Shown piece by piece: positions 8,920-19,082 of a stretch of 64,000 bases of DNA; the first letter of the stretch is position 1; the number at the start of each line of letters is the position of its first letter. The notes beneath the pieces were generated by a model, which had not been told where the DNA came from, searched no databases, and saw nothing but the letters and a program-made list of their open reading frames with translations. Source of the DNA: Alphaproteobacteria bacterium (GTDB lineage: Bacteria; Pseudomonadota; Alphaproteobacteria; MPNO01); contig CBDAUF010000002.1 of assembly GCA_965200535.1 (NCBI GenBank), forward strand, positions 1,794,107 to 1,858,106. Reading direction: 5' to 3'. The position numbers and the translations under genes were made by a program.

Positions 8920-10050
8920 ATGACCGGCGCCCCGAACGACACCGGCCGCGTCTTCGTCCGCCGCGAAACGATCCCGGCGTCGCCTCCGCCGGCATCGCGC
9001 TCCGGCGTCCTCGGCTGGCTCCGCGAGAACCTCTTCTCTACCCCGTTCAACGCCGGTCTGACGCTGCTCGCCGTCTACGTGCTCTATCTCGTCGTACCGC
9101 CCCTGTTCGACTGGGCCTTCGTCTCATCGGTGTGGACCGGCGAGTCGAACGAGGCGTGCCGGGGAATCGAGGGGGCCTGTTGGGCGATCGTGCCCAACCG
9201 GCTCCTCCAGTTCATCTACGGCTTCTATCCCGAGGACGAGCGTTGGCGCGTCAACCTCACCTTCTTCCTGTTTTGCCTCAATCTGCTGCCGGTGCTGAGC
9301 GAACGGGTTCCGGGGCGGACCTTCGCCGCCCTGTTCCTGGTCATCGGTTTCCCGATCGTCGCCTACGTGCTGCTCTTTGGCGCGTTCGGCCTGCCCAAGG
9401 TCCCGACCGAGAAATGGGGCGGGCTGACGCTCACACTGGTCCTGGCCGCGGTCGCGATCCTGTTCTCTCTGCCCCTCGGTATTCTTCTGGCGCTCGGCCG
9501 GCGCTCCGAGATGCCGATCGTTCGCACCATCTGCGTCGCCTTCATCGAACTCTGGCGCGCCACACCGTTGATCACGATCCTGTTTATGGCGTCCTTCATG
9601 TTTCCGCTGTTCACCCCGGAAGGAGTGAATTTCAACGAACTGGTGCGCGCGCTCGTCGGCTTCACGATGTTCTCGTCCGCCTACATGGCGGAGGTGGTGC
9701 GCGGCGGTTTGCAGGCACTGCCCAAGGGGCAGACCGAAGCGGCCCAGGCGCTCGGCCTCAACTACCGCCAGGCGATGGGGCTGATCATCCTGCCGCAGGC
9801 GCTGAAAATCGTGATACCCGGAATCGTCAACACCTTCATCGGCCTGTTCAAGGACACCGCCCTGGTATCGGTCATCGGCCTGTTCGACCTGCTGCTCATT
9901 GCCAAGGCTTCGGTGACCGACCCCAAATGGCTGGGCCTCGAGCACGAAGCCTATATCTTCGTCGCCCTGATCTACTTCGCCTTCTGCTTCAGCATGTCGC
10001 GCTACAGCCTGTGGCTCGAACGCAGGCTAGACACCGGACGGCGCGACTGA
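8920..10050 (+). CDS. aapM: Amino-acid ABC transporter permease
   Basis: 376-aa permease with [26 protein letters not shown]; overlaps aapQ end. Confidence 0.85.
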   Translation: MTGAPNDTGRVFVRRETIPASPPPASRSGVLGWLRENLFSTPFNAGLTLLAVYVLYLVVPPLFDWAFVSSVWTGESNEACRGIEGACWAIVPNRLLQFIYGFYPEDERWRVNLTFFLFCLNLLPVLSERVPGRTFAALFLVIGFPIVAYVLLFGAFGLPKVPTEKWGGLTLTLVLAAVAILFSLPLGILLALGRRSEMPIVRTICVAFIELWRATPLITILFMASFMFPLFTPEGVNFNELVRALVGFTMFSSAYMAEVVRGGLQALPKGQTEAAQALGLNYRQAMGLIILPQALKIVIPGIVNTFIGLFKDTALVSVIGLFDLLLIAKASVTDPKWLGLEHEAYIFVALIYFAFCFSMSRYSLWLERRLDTGRRD

Positions 10051-10057
10051 GCCGGGA

Positions 10058-10864
10058 TTGCAGTCCATGAGCGAGCATCCAGACGCCAGTGCAGCCGACA
10101 GCCCCGCGCCGGCGAACGCCGTGCCGGACGAGCCGATCATCCAGATCGCCGGGATGAACAAGTGGTTCGGCCAGTTCCACGTGCTGCGCGACATCGACCT
10201 GACGGTCGACCGCGGCGAACGCATCGTCATCTGCGGTCCGTCGGGATCGGGCAAATCGACGCTGCTCCGCTGCGTCAACTACCTGGAGACGCACCAGCGC
10301 GGTTCCCTTGTCGTCGACGGCATCGAACTGACCGGAAACCTCAAACAGATCGACCTCGTCCGCCGCGAGGTCGGCATGGTGTTCCAGCACTTCAACCTGT
10401 TTCCGCATCTGACCGTCCTCGAGAACTGCACCCTGGCGCCAATTTGGGTGCGCAAGATGCCGAAGGCCGAGGCGGCCGACATCGCCATGGAGTTTCTCTC
10501 GCGCGTCAAGATCCCGGAACAGGCGGACAAGTATCCGGGCCAGCTTTCCGGCGGCCAGCAACAGCGCGTCGCCATCGCCCGGTCGCTTTGCATGCGGCCC
10601 AAGATCATGCTCTTCGACGAACCGACCTCGGCTCTCGACCCCGAAATGATCAAGGAGGTCCTCGACGTCATGGTCGATCTCGCCGGCACGGGGATGACGA
10701 TGCTGGTGGTCACCCACGAGATGGGCTTCGCCCGCCAGATCGCGCATCGCGTCATCTTCATGGATGAAGGGCAGATCGTGGAGCAGAACGAGCCCGAGGA
10801 GTTTTTCAACAACCCCCAATCGGAGCGCACGAAGCTCTTCCTCAGCCAGATCCTGTCGCACTGA
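10058..10864 (+). CDS. aapP: Amino-acid ABC transporter ATP-binding protein
   Basis: Walker [10 protein letters not shown], signature [13 protein letters not shown], Walker [12 protein letters not shown]. Confidence 0.9.
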   Translation: MQSMSEHPDASAADSPAPANAVPDEPIIQIAGMNKWFGQFHVLRDIDLTVDRGERIVICGPSGSGKSTLLRCVNYLETHQRGSLVVDGIELTGNLKQIDLVRREVGMVFQHFNLFPHLTVLENCTLAPIWVRKMPKAEAADIAMEFLSRVKIPEQADKYPGQLSGGQQQRVAIARSLCMRPKIMLFDEPTSALDPEMIKEVLDVMVDLAGTGMTMLVVTHEMGFARQIAHRVIFMDEGQIVEQNEPEEFFNNPQSERTKLFLSQILSH

Positions 10865-10935
10865 TCCCGCCTGCAGACAACCCGGAACGGGCCGGTATTG
10901 ACAGCGGCTGTCCGATTCCTTACTGATCGGATGTC

Positions 10936-12387
10936 GTGACTGAGTCGGACAATCTGCGTTCCGCTCGTGTGTTCGGCAGGCTCCGGGGTACATACGGTTC
11001 GGTGCCGCCCGGAGATTGGCGCCGGGCACTGCTGGTTATTGGTAAGATTGTGGCGGGATGTTGTGTCGTCGCCGTGGCGGCAGCGGCGATAAGTTTTCTG
11101 GACCCCTTTCCTCCTTTGCAAGAGCGTACGGTGGATGTGCCCGTCGTGACGGACGACCGCTACACCCCGAGCATGGTGGAGGGATGGGAACGAGAGGCCG
11201 AAGACACGGTCGATGTCGGCCTTCTGGCGAGCCCCGGCCATCTCCACGCAAGCCGCGTTCTTGTTGAACACAAGCTGGTCATCCGCAAGGGCGACACAAT
11301 TATGCGCCTGCTGCAGCGTGCGGGCGTGCCGGCGAACCAGGCCGCGCTGGCAATCGGCGCACTGCGCCCCCTGTACAACCTGCGCCGTATCCGCGTGGGC
11401 CAAAAGTTGACGGTGACCACTTTCGAAGGGGACCAGGCTCTTGGGAACCGCCGACTCTTTCTGCACAAGGCGGACCTCGAGACCGGTCTCGACACCTCGG
11501 TCTCGGTCGAACGCAAGGCCGACGGCTTCGTCGCCCGCGAGGTAGAGACACCGACCGAGGTCCGCCTCGTCCGCGTCGACGGGGAGATCGAGAATTCGCT
11601 CTATATCGCGGCAGAGAAGGCGGGGATGCCGGCATCGGTTCTCCTTCAGCTCGTCCGGGCGTATAGCTGGGATGTCGACTTCCAGCGCGAGATCCATGCC
11701 GGCGACAGCTTCGACGTGGCTTGGGAGACCGTGCATACGCCCGACGGCGAGTTCCTTGGCGACCGGGAGATGGTGTACGGATCGCTCACCCTGAAGGAGA
11801 AGAAACTCGAACTCTTCCGGTTCGAGAGCCGCCACGGGACCAATTACTTCGACAGGAACGGAGTCGGGGCGCGCAAGCCGCTGTTGCGCACGCCGATCGA
11901 CGGGGCCCGGTTATCGTCCCGGTACGGCAAGCGGCGGCACCCTATCCTTGGCTACACAAGGATGCACCGCGGCATCGATTTCGCGGCGCGGCCTGGGACA
12001 CCCATCTACGCCGCCGGAGACGGCACCGTTGCCTATGCCGGACGCAACGGTGCCTATGGGCTCTACATACGGATCCGCCATAACAGCCGCTACCAGACGG
12101 CCTATGCACACATGCGCGCCCTGCGGCGGGGCGTTCGGCGAGGGACACGGGTAAGCCAGGGGCAAGTCATCGGCTATGTCGGCTCGACCGGGCTATCGAC
12201 CGGCCCTCATCTTCATTACGAGATCCTGGTCGGCGGGAGGCAGGTCAACCCGCTGTCGGTTTCCTTGCCGCCCAACGTCCGGCTGAAGGGCAAGGATCTC
12301 GTCGCCTTCCAGGCATATTGCGGGGCGCTGGAGCGCCGGCTGGCACGCATTGCGGACACCGACTGGGCGGACGCGGGAACGCGCTGA
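10936..12387 (+). CDS. M23-family peptidoglycan metalloendopeptidase with N-terminal membrane anchor and LysM/OapA-like region
   Basis: C-terminal HRGIDFAA...GYVGSTGLSTGPHLHYE (M23 HxxxD/HxH motifs). GTG start at 10936; TM helix near residue 35. Confidence 0.8.
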   Translation: MTESDNLRSARVFGRLRGTYGSVPPGDWRRALLVIGKIVAGCCVVAVAAAAISFLDPFPPLQERTVDVPVVTDDRYTPSMVEGWEREAEDTVDVGLLASPGHLHASRVLVEHKLVIRKGDTIMRLLQRAGVPANQAALAIGALRPLYNLRRIRVGQKLTVTTFEGDQALGNRRLFLHKADLETGLDTSVSVERKADGFVAREVETPTEVRLVRVDGEIENSLYIAAEKAGMPASVLLQLVRAYSWDVDFQREIHAGDSFDVAWETVHTPDGEFLGDREMVYGSLTLKEKKLELFRFESRHGTNYFDRNGVGARKPLLRTPIDGARLSSRYGKRRHPILGYTRMHRGIDFAARPGTPIYAAGDGTVAYAGRNGAYGLYIRIRHNSRYQTAYAHMRALRRGVRRGTRVSQGQVIGYVGSTGLSTGPHLHYEILVGGRQVNPLSVSLPPNVRLKGKDLVAFQAYCGALERRLARIADTDWADAGTR

Positions 12388-12454
12388 TCCTCGCCGCCGA
12401 CGCACCCTTCACTTCTGCCGATCCGCCGCCGCACTCCGTTCGAAAGGAGCCGAC

Positions 12455-13270
12455 ATGATCCGTTCGCCGAATGATACCGTCGAGGCCGCGGTTGCCGACG
12501 GCGTGTGCCGGATAACCCTTTCGCGTCCCCGGACGCTCAACGCGCTGGACGCTGACATGGCGACGGCGCTCGATGCGGTAACCGAAGCGGCGGCGGCGGA
12601 CGCCGCGGTACGGTGCGTCGTGATCCGCGGCGCCGGCGACCATTTCATGGCCGGCGGCGACCTCGCAGCCTTCCGGTCTCTGCTCGACGAAATGCCCGAT
12701 CCCGACACGCGGCGCTCCTACTTCGAGGCGTTCGTCCACCGCGTGCACCCCACGATCCAGTCGATCCGCTCCATGCCCAAGCCGACCGTCGCCGCGGTGC
12801 ACGGTGCGGTTGCGGGGTTCGGCATGAGCCTAATGGCCGCCTGCGATCTCGCGGTCGCACACGAGAACGCCGTGTTCACACTCGCCTACTGCCATATCGG
12901 CGTGAGTCCGGACGGTTCCTCGACCTACACCCTGCCGCGCACCGTGGGCCTCAAGCGCAGCTTCGAGATGGCCTATCTCGGCGAGCGTTTCGGCGCCGAG
13001 GAAGCCAAGGCGATGGGGTTGGTCAACCGGGTCGCGTCCGAAACGGCTTTCGAGTCCGATGTCGGCGCGCTCGCCGGACGGCTGGCGGCAGGGCCCACGC
13101 GCGCCTACGCCAACGCGAAGGCACTGCTCCAGGCATCGACGCATCGTTCGCTCGAGGACCAGCTTGCCGCGGAGGCTGCGGCGTTCGCCGACTGCGCATC
13201 CGGCGAAGACTTCGACGAGGGGATCGCGGCCTTTCTCGACAAGCGCGCTCCATCGTTCGTCGGGCGCTGA
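12455..13270 (+). CDS. Enoyl-CoA hydratase/isomerase family protein
   Basis: Crotonase-fold motifs (RPRTLNALD, GAGDHFMAGGDL, AAVHGAVAGFGMSLMAACDLAV). Start trimmed to MIRSPND behind a GGAG RBS. Confidence 0.8.
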   Translation: MIRSPNDTVEAAVADGVCRITLSRPRTLNALDADMATALDAVTEAAAADAAVRCVVIRGAGDHFMAGGDLAAFRSLLDEMPDPDTRRSYFEAFVHRVHPTIQSIRSMPKPTVAAVHGAVAGFGMSLMAACDLAVAHENAVFTLAYCHIGVSPDGSSTYTLPRTVGLKRSFEMAYLGERFGAEEAKAMGLVNRVASETAFESDVGALAGRLAAGPTRAYANAKALLQASTHRSLEDQLAAEAAAFADCASGEDFDEGIAAFLDKRAPSFVGR

Positions 13271-13291
13271 TCCCCCGCCCGTGCGGCTCCG

Positions 13292-14260
13292 TCAATGGCC
13301 CGCCGGCCGGTCGCGGCGCACCGGCCACGGCTTGTCGGACACGACGGCCGGCCTCACTCTCACCTCATCGGCAATGTCGATCACCATGAGATCGTAGCCG
13401 ATCTCGATCCGCCCGCCGAAGCCTTCGCGCACCTGCGCCAGCGCCGGGCCGATCACGTCGTCGTTGTTGTACATGTGATAGATGACGCCAAGCCGGGGCC
13501 CGGCCGCGGCAAGGACCTCGCCCACCTCGCGGGGCGCGGTATGGATCTCCTCGGCGATGATGCGGGCGAGTTCGATCGGCCGCCCGGCCTTGTCGGCATA
13601 GACCTCTACCGGTGGGAACGCCTCATGGATCAACAGGTCCACGCCTCGCGCATGCTCGATCAGCGCGTCGCACCTTTTGGTGTCGCCGGAAAACACCATC
13701 GACTGGCCGGCATGGTCTATGCGCAGGCCGAACGTGTTGTGCGGCGGGGTGTGCACGACCTCGAACGCAGTCAGACGGATATCGTCCTCTTCCCAGACGA
13801 CCCCCTCGCCGTAATCGACGGCTTCGATTTCCGAGCCGTCGAGAGTCCCGAACACCCGGCGTCTGGTCTCGATATCCCAGGCATAGATGCCGCGCAGATG
13901 CCCGGCGATCTCCTCCGTGCCGGGCGGTCCCCAAACCCGCAGCGGCCGCCGCCTCCCGTAGGTCCAGCCGCCGATCCAGAACTGGTCGAGCCCGCCGACA
14001 TGATCGACGTGATGATGGGTGAGGAAGATCTTGTCGACATCGTCGAAGGGTATCTCGAGCGACGTGAAATTGGCCGGCGTCCCCGGCCCCACGTCGAGCA
14101 GCATCCTGTGTCCGCCCGCCTCGACCAGCACCCCGGCCGCAGCCTGGCCCCGGCGCGGGAACGGCGTTCCGGTGCCGAGCAGGGTGACCCGCATCGCCCC
14201 CGGCGCCAGAGGTTCGCCGGGATAGAAGACGTTTCTGGATTCCATCGCCTCTCTCGCCAT
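13292..14260 (-). CDS. MBL-fold metallo-hydrolase
   Basis: HHHVDHVGG metallo-beta-lactamase motif; ~320 aa. Confidence 0.7.
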   Translation of the reverse strand: MAREAMESRNVFYPGEPLAPGAMRVTLLGTGTPFPRRGQAAAGVLVEAGGHRMLLDVGPGTPANFTSLEIPFDDVDKIFLTHHHVDHVGGLDQFWIGGWTYGRRRPLRVWGPPGTEEIAGHLRGIYAWDIETRRRVFGTLDGSEIEAVDYGEGVVWEEDDIRLTAFEVVHTPPHNTFGLRIDHAGQSMVFSGDTKRCDALIEHARGVDLLIHEAFPPVEVYADKAGRPIELARIIAEEIHTAPREVGEVLAAAGPRLGVIYHMYNNDDVIGPALAQVREGFGGRIEIGYDLMVIDIADEVRVRPAVVSDKPWPVRRDRPAGH

Positions 14261-14471
14261 TTCGCCGCGTCGGACGGGCGTCGGTCGTACCGCCCGCTCG
14301 TGCATCATAGGTTCACCGGCGCCGGCGCGCACGAGAGGAACGGGTTACAGCCGGCGGGGCGGCTGCTAGTATGACGGCGTGGAAGGAGGCTTCCCTGGCT
14401 ATCGGCTCGCGCCGTCCCGGACGCGGAGTCGGGCCGGCACCGCAACGAATCCAAACGGGAGTAGCAATCCG

Positions 14472-15473
14472 ATGAGACCGACCATAGGTTCCCTCGCCGC
14501 GGCGGTCGCGGCGGCAGCGTTCGCACTGCCCGCCGGGGCAGCGACCGAGCTCAGCGTTTCGACGGCGCTCGGATCCAAGCACGATCAGAGCACCGCGTTC
14601 TTCGAAACCTTCCTGGCGAAGATGAAGGAGGACGAAAGCGAGGTTAAGCTGAAATACATCGGCGGGCCGGAAGTGACCCCCGCCCGCAAGCAAGGCGCGG
14701 CGATGAAGCGGGGCCTCATCGACATCATCATGTCCCCGTCGACCTACTACTCCAACACGCAGCCCGAGGCGCGGCTGACCGGCATCTCCAACGTCCCGCC
14801 GCAGGAATGGCGCAAGAACGGCGGCTACGACATATTTGCCAAGGCCTGGGCCAAGCGGATGAACGCGGTCATCCTCGGCTGGGGCAATTTCTACACGACC
14901 GAGCAGTTCTCGATATGGCTGGTCGACAAGCCCAAGCTCAGCAAGGAGACCGGGCTCGATCTCAAGGGCATGAAAATGCGCTCGACCGCCCTTTACACGC
15001 CGTTCTTCAAGGCGATGGGCGCGATCCCGAAGACGATCGATCCGGCTGAGGTGTACACCGCGCTCGAGCGCGGCGCGGTCAGCGGCCTGGCCTGGCCCGA
15101 GGGCGGCGTCGCCTTCCGCGGCTGGCAGCGCTTCATCAAGTACAGGATCTTCCCGGGCTTCTTCCGTTCGACAACCATGGCGACGATGAACCTGGACAAG
15201 TTCAACAGCCTGTCGAAGAAGACGCAGCAGCAGATTCTCGCGGCCGGGCTGCACTACGAAAACAATTCCGGCGCGATCCTCAAGAAGAAGGCGCAGATCG
15301 ACAACGAGAAGATCCGCAAGGCCGGCGTACAGGACTACCACCTCGAGGGGGACTACGCGAAGGTCTATATCAAAACGATCCTCAATGCGAAGTGGGCCGA
15401 TGCCGCGACGCGGAAATACACCGTCCCGTTCGAACTGCTGAAATCCAAGATGTACAAGGAAGTCGGAAGCTGA
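14472..15473 (+). CDS. dctP: TRAP transporter substrate-binding protein (DctP family)
   Basis: Signal peptide MRPTIGSLAAAVAAAAFALPAGA; DctP-family length and motifs. Convergent with a dctQM-Rieske operon. Confidence 0.85.
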   Translation: MRPTIGSLAAAVAAAAFALPAGAATELSVSTALGSKHDQSTAFFETFLAKMKEDESEVKLKYIGGPEVTPARKQGAAMKRGLIDIIMSPSTYYSNTQPEARLTGISNVPPQEWRKNGGYDIFAKAWAKRMNAVILGWGNFYTTEQFSIWLVDKPKLSKETGLDLKGMKMRSTALYTPFFKAMGAIPKTIDPAEVYTALERGAVSGLAWPEGGVAFRGWQRFIKYRIFPGFFRSTTMATMNLDKFNSLSKKTQQQILAAGLHYENNSGAILKKKAQIDNEKIRKAGVQDYHLEGDYAKVYIKTILNAKWADAATRKYTVPFELLKSKMYKEVGS

Positions 15474-15513
15474 TCCGACGAGCTGCCTTTTCGGGCGGCA
15501 ACGCCCGAAACGA

Positions 15514-15543
15514 GACGCCGCCCCTCGGGCGGCGTCTTTGTTT
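15514..15543. terminator. Bidirectional rho-independent terminator (GACGCCGCCC-ctc-GGGCGGCGTC followed by TTTGTTT), preceded by a second hairpin at 15488-15510
   Basis: Seen in sequence between convergent dctP (+) and the Rieske oxygenase (-). Confidence 0.7.
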
Positions 15544-16720
15544 AACCGTTCGTTAGCGGTGCAAGGACTTCGTTGCGGGAGGGGATCTCGACCGTCCGGT
15601 CGGCCGGATCGCGGGCGATGCCCGGCGGATCCTCTCCGCGCTCTATCGCCTCGATCGCCTCGCGCAAGCGGCGGCGGAAGAGGACGACACCCCGGTCCGA
15701 AGTCGCCAGATGTTCGAGCGCGTGGCGCGCAATCGGCCGCTGGCTGACCTGCGCTTCCCAGTCATCCGGCGCGCGCTGTTTCTCCTCGTAGCTGCGCAGG
15801 ACAGCTTCGTGCGGCGGCTGGAAGATTTTCTTCTCGGGATCGATCCGTTCGATGTGGAAACCGACCGTGTTCTCGTTGTCGACCGGCACCCACCAGCCCA
15901 CCATCCGGGCACGTTCCGTTTCTTCCTCCGGCCTCGTGCCTGTCACCTCGGGCGGCGGCACCGACCGCGCAGTCGGCACGAAAATGGTCGAGATGCGGGT
16001 CAGCTGATGCCCGTTTTCGAGGTCGGTGGTGCGGATATACGAGACATGGCCGTCGGAGTGCACGTAGTCGAAGCGCGGCAGGACCGCCATTACCTCGGAA
16101 AACTCGAACAGTCCCGGGTTCCACCCGTGCAGGATGTAGGTGTGGACCGGGTCGGCGGCGTTCTCCTGCAGCTGCAGCCAGTTGCAGGCCGCGACCTCGC
16201 CCCGGCTGTAGTTGCGGTAGGCGAGATAGTCCGCGCTGTCGTCCTCCAGGATGTCGTAGCGGGGCAGCAGCGGTTTCTTCTCCGGCGGTCCCATATAGGC
16301 GAAGACCAGTCCCATATACTCTTCCGCCGGGTACCAGGGCTGACGCACCTCGTCCCTGTAGCGGCTGTGAGCGGGTTCGCCCGGCTGGTCGAGGCAGCGG
16401 CCTTCATGGTCGTAGAGCCAGCCGTGGTAACAGCAGCGGATGCCGTTCTCCTCGATACGCCCGTATTCGAGCGAGGTACCGCGATGCGCGCAATGAGCCC
16501 CGAGTACACCCACACGCCCCGACTTGTCGCGATAGGCAACCAGTTCCTCACCGAGAATCCTGAGAAATTTCGGCAAATCGCCGAGTTCCGACGACAGGCA
16601 GACGGGTTGCCAGTAGCGCCGCATCAACTCGCCCATCGGCGTGCCGAAAGTCACGTGCGTGAGCGTCGTGTCCTCGTCGGGAACGACTGCGTTGCGCCCG
16701 TAGCCGGATCCCTCGCTCAT
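15542..16720 (-). CDS. Rieske [2Fe-2S] non-heme-iron aromatic-ring-hydroxylating oxygenase, alpha subunit (phthalate/KshA-type, homomultimeric class)
   Basis: Rieske motif CAHRG...CCYHGW; catalytic domain with NWLQ...DPVH. Paralogous to the gene at 46621..47895. Confidence 0.85.
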   Translation of the reverse strand: MSEGSGYGRNAVVPDEDTTLTHVTFGTPMGELMRRYWQPVCLSSELGDLPKFLRILGEELVAYRDKSGRVGVLGAHCAHRGTSLEYGRIEENGIRCCYHGWLYDHEGRCLDQPGEPAHSRYRDEVRQPWYPAEEYMGLVFAYMGPPEKKPLLPRYDILEDDSADYLAYRNYSRGEVAACNWLQLQENAADPVHTYILHGWNPGLFEFSEVMAVLPRFDYVHSDGHVSYIRTTDLENGHQLTRISTIFVPTARSVPPPEVTGTRPEEETERARMVGWWVPVDNENTVGFHIERIDPEKKIFQPPHEAVLRSYEEKQRAPDDWEAQVSQRPIARHALEHLATSDRGVVLFRRRLREAIEAIERGEDPPGIARDPADRTVEIPSRNEVLAPLTNG

Positions 16721-16745
16721 CCGTTTCCCTCCTGTCGTTACCGTC

Positions 16746-18053
16746 TCACATCAGGCTGGGCAGCCAGAGCGCGAGGCCGGGGAAGGCGACCAGAATCAGT
16801 ATCAGGATGGCGTCGCAGATCAGGAACGGGAACGCGGCCCCTGCAACCTGAAGCAGGGTCGTGCCCTTGGGCGCGACCCCCAGCATGACGTAGAGCAATA
16901 ATCCAAAGGGCGGGGTGGTTCCCGCCATCTCGATGGTGATCAGGACGAACAGCCCGTACCAGATCAGGTCGAAGCCGAGCGCGTGCGCAAGCGGGAAGAA
17001 GATCGGCACCGTAATCAGCATCATCGACGTCGCGTCCATGAACATGCCGAGCAGGATCAGGACGCAGAACATCATGAACAGCACGATCAGACGGTGGAGT
17101 TCGTAGCTCGTCACCCATTCGATCAGTCCCTTGCTCGCGCCGGAGAATGCGAGCATCTGGCTGAACACGGTGGAATTCATCAGGATCAGGAACACCATCG
17201 CGCCGACGCGGATGGTCGCCTCGATCGCGGTCTTCACCGATTTGTAGGACAGGGAACGGAACAGCGCGGCCAGGATCATCACGCCGAGCACACCGCACGC
17301 CGCCGCCTCGGTCGGGGTCGCGATGCCGAGGATGATGAAACCGATCACCATGAAGACGATCAGGCCCATCGGCAGGATGTTGGTCGACACCAGCCGGATC
17401 TTGGTAACGATGCTCATATAGGGCACGTCGTAGGCCGGCGCGGAACCGGGATTGCGGAGAAGCTGGAGCGTGATCATCGCTGCGTAGAGCGCGGCCAGAA
17501 CGAACCCGGGCAGAAAACCTGCAATCAGAAGTCGTCCGACATCGATTTCTGCAATGGCCGCGAGCAGGACGCCGAGGGCCGACGGCGGGATGATCATCGC
17601 CAGCCCCCCGGTGCCGAGGATCGGTCCCATCGCCATTTTCTTGCTGTAGCCCCGCCGGTTCATCTCCGGGACCATCAGCGAGCCCAGCATCGCCGTGTTG
17701 GCCATGGAAGAGCCGGTCAACGTCGAGAAAATCGATCCGCCGGCAACGGTGAGGTAACAGAGACGGCCCGGCAGCCGCCCGAATATTGCGTCCAGACCGT
17801 CGAACACCCTGATCGCAAGGCCGGTATGGAAAAACAGCGAGCCCATCATGATGAACATCGGCACCGGACCCAGGGTGAAACGAGTGATCAATTGGGTCGA
17901 GTTGTCGACGACCTGGATCAGACCCGCAGTCCCGGCGAAGATGATGATGGCGATGAAGTTGGTCGCGATGAACGAGAAGGCGACCGGAACCCCGAGCGCC
18001 ATGAAGGAAATCACGATGCCCAGGAGAAGGGCGAAGGCCCAGTACCATTCCAT
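16746..18053 (-). CDS. dctM: TRAP transporter large permease
   Basis: 435-aa 12-TM protein, DctM family. Confidence 0.9.
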   Translation of the reverse strand: MEWYWAFALLLGIVISFMALGVPVAFSFIATNFIAIIIFAGTAGLIQVVDNSTQLITRFTLGPVPMFIMMGSLFFHTGLAIRVFDGLDAIFGRLPGRLCYLTVAGGSIFSTLTGSSMANTAMLGSLMVPEMNRRGYSKKMAMGPILGTGGLAMIIPPSALGVLLAAIAEIDVGRLLIAGFLPGFVLAALYAAMITLQLLRNPGSAPAYDVPYMSIVTKIRLVSTNILPMGLIVFMVIGFIILGIATPTEAAACGVLGVMILAALFRSLSYKSVKTAIEATIRVGAMVFLILMNSTVFSQMLAFSGASKGLIEWVTSYELHRLIVLFMMFCVLILLGMFMDATSMMLITVPIFFPLAHALGFDLIWYGLFVLITIEMAGTTPPFGLLLYVMLGVAPKGTTLLQVAGAAFPFLICDAILILILVAFPGLALWLPSLM

Positions 18054-18056
18054 GGC

Positions 18057-18584
18057 CTACATCCCTTCCCTTACGTCCATCCGACTTCCGTACATGTCGT
18101 CGATGCCGATCAGGAACCGGAAAAACTCAATCGCCAGCAAGAAGAACCCGAACGGCATCGGCAGGTAGAGGGTCCACAGCGGGAAATCGGCGCCCCGGTC
18201 GTCCATCTCCTCGAATATGAACGCCTCGTACCAAAGCTGGACGGAGTAATAGGTAAAGGCGAGACACCCGCAGGTGGCGACGACGTAGGCGATTTTCGCC
18301 GTCACCCGCTTGACCGACGGGGTCAGGAGCTGGGTCACCGCGTCGATGAATACATGGCCCTTTATGCGGGCAAGCCACGGCGCGGCGAGCATCGTAAACC
18401 AGAGCAGGGCGTACTCGACGAGGCCGTGGGTACGGTCCCAAGGCGCCACCGGCAGCCCCCACTTGGCGAGCAGGGTGAGCGCCACGTCGACGACGATCAC
18501 CACAAACACGCCGAAAATGATCAGCCCCGAACCCACCTTGAATGCGTTCAGCAGCCATAAATGAAACCGAGCGATGGCTTCCAC
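18057..18584 (-). CDS. dctQ: TRAP transporter small permease
   Basis: 175-aa 4-TM protein immediately upstream of dctM. Confidence 0.8.
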   Translation of the reverse strand: MEAIARFHLWLLNAFKVGSGLIIFGVFVVIVVDVALTLLAKWGLPVAPWDRTHGLVEYALLWFTMLAAPWLARIKGHVFIDAVTQLLTPSVKRVTAKIAYVVATCGCLAFTYYSVQLWYEAFIFEEMDDRGADFPLWTLYLPMPFGFFLLAIEFFRFLIGIDDMYGSRMDVREGM

Positions 18585-18876
18585 GAACCCTCCTGTCGTC
18601 TCCCCGCCTCCGGGATGGATTATCCGGGCGGTTCTGCCGCCACCCGTGCACAGGCGCGGTTACTCTACCCGCGCAGGCCGGCGGGTCACAACCAAGGCCG
18701 GGCCGGATGGGAACCGTCCGGCGCAGGAACCCCACGGACCGCATTCCCTTCGCCCGTCCCGTCCGCCGAAACAACGCCCACGGAGCCGCCGGCCCGCTGC
18801 CGCAGGACCCGACATTGTCCGGACGGGCCGCCCGGGGATGCTTGCCACGGTTCCTGCGCCGTGGCAGCTTCGCCTC

Positions 18877-18953
18877 GGGCCCGTAGTTCAGTCGGTTAGA
18901 ACGCGCCGCTCATAACGGCGTTGTCGCAGGTTCGAGTCCTGCCGGGCCCACCA
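18877..18953 (+). tRNA. tRNA with CAU anticodon (elongator tRNA-Met, or tRNA-Ile2 if the lysidine-modified type), 77 nt with encoded CCA
   Basis: Manually folded: acceptor GGGCCCG/CGGGCCC, D-arm GTTC-AGTCGGTTA-GAAC, anticodon arm CGCCG-CTCATAA-CGGCG, T-arm GCAGG-TTCGAGT-CCTGC, discriminator A, CCA. Confidence 0.85.
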
Positions 18954-19082
18954 TCTGCGCCGCACCGCGGCCTGGCGCCGATGCAACGCGGAAGCGGGTT
19001 GCCGAAGCCTCGGATGTATTTGTGCGGCGGGCGGCTGCCTATATCATGCCGGCTTCCGCATCTCCGTCCGGGTGGCAATCCG

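Noticed and set aside
16738-18048. 436-aa minus-strand ORF nearly co-extensive with dctM
   Set aside because: It is out of frame by 1 relative to the hydrophobic 435-aa DctM ORF (16746-18053). Its translation is hydrophilic and low-complexity, so the DctM frame is the real one.
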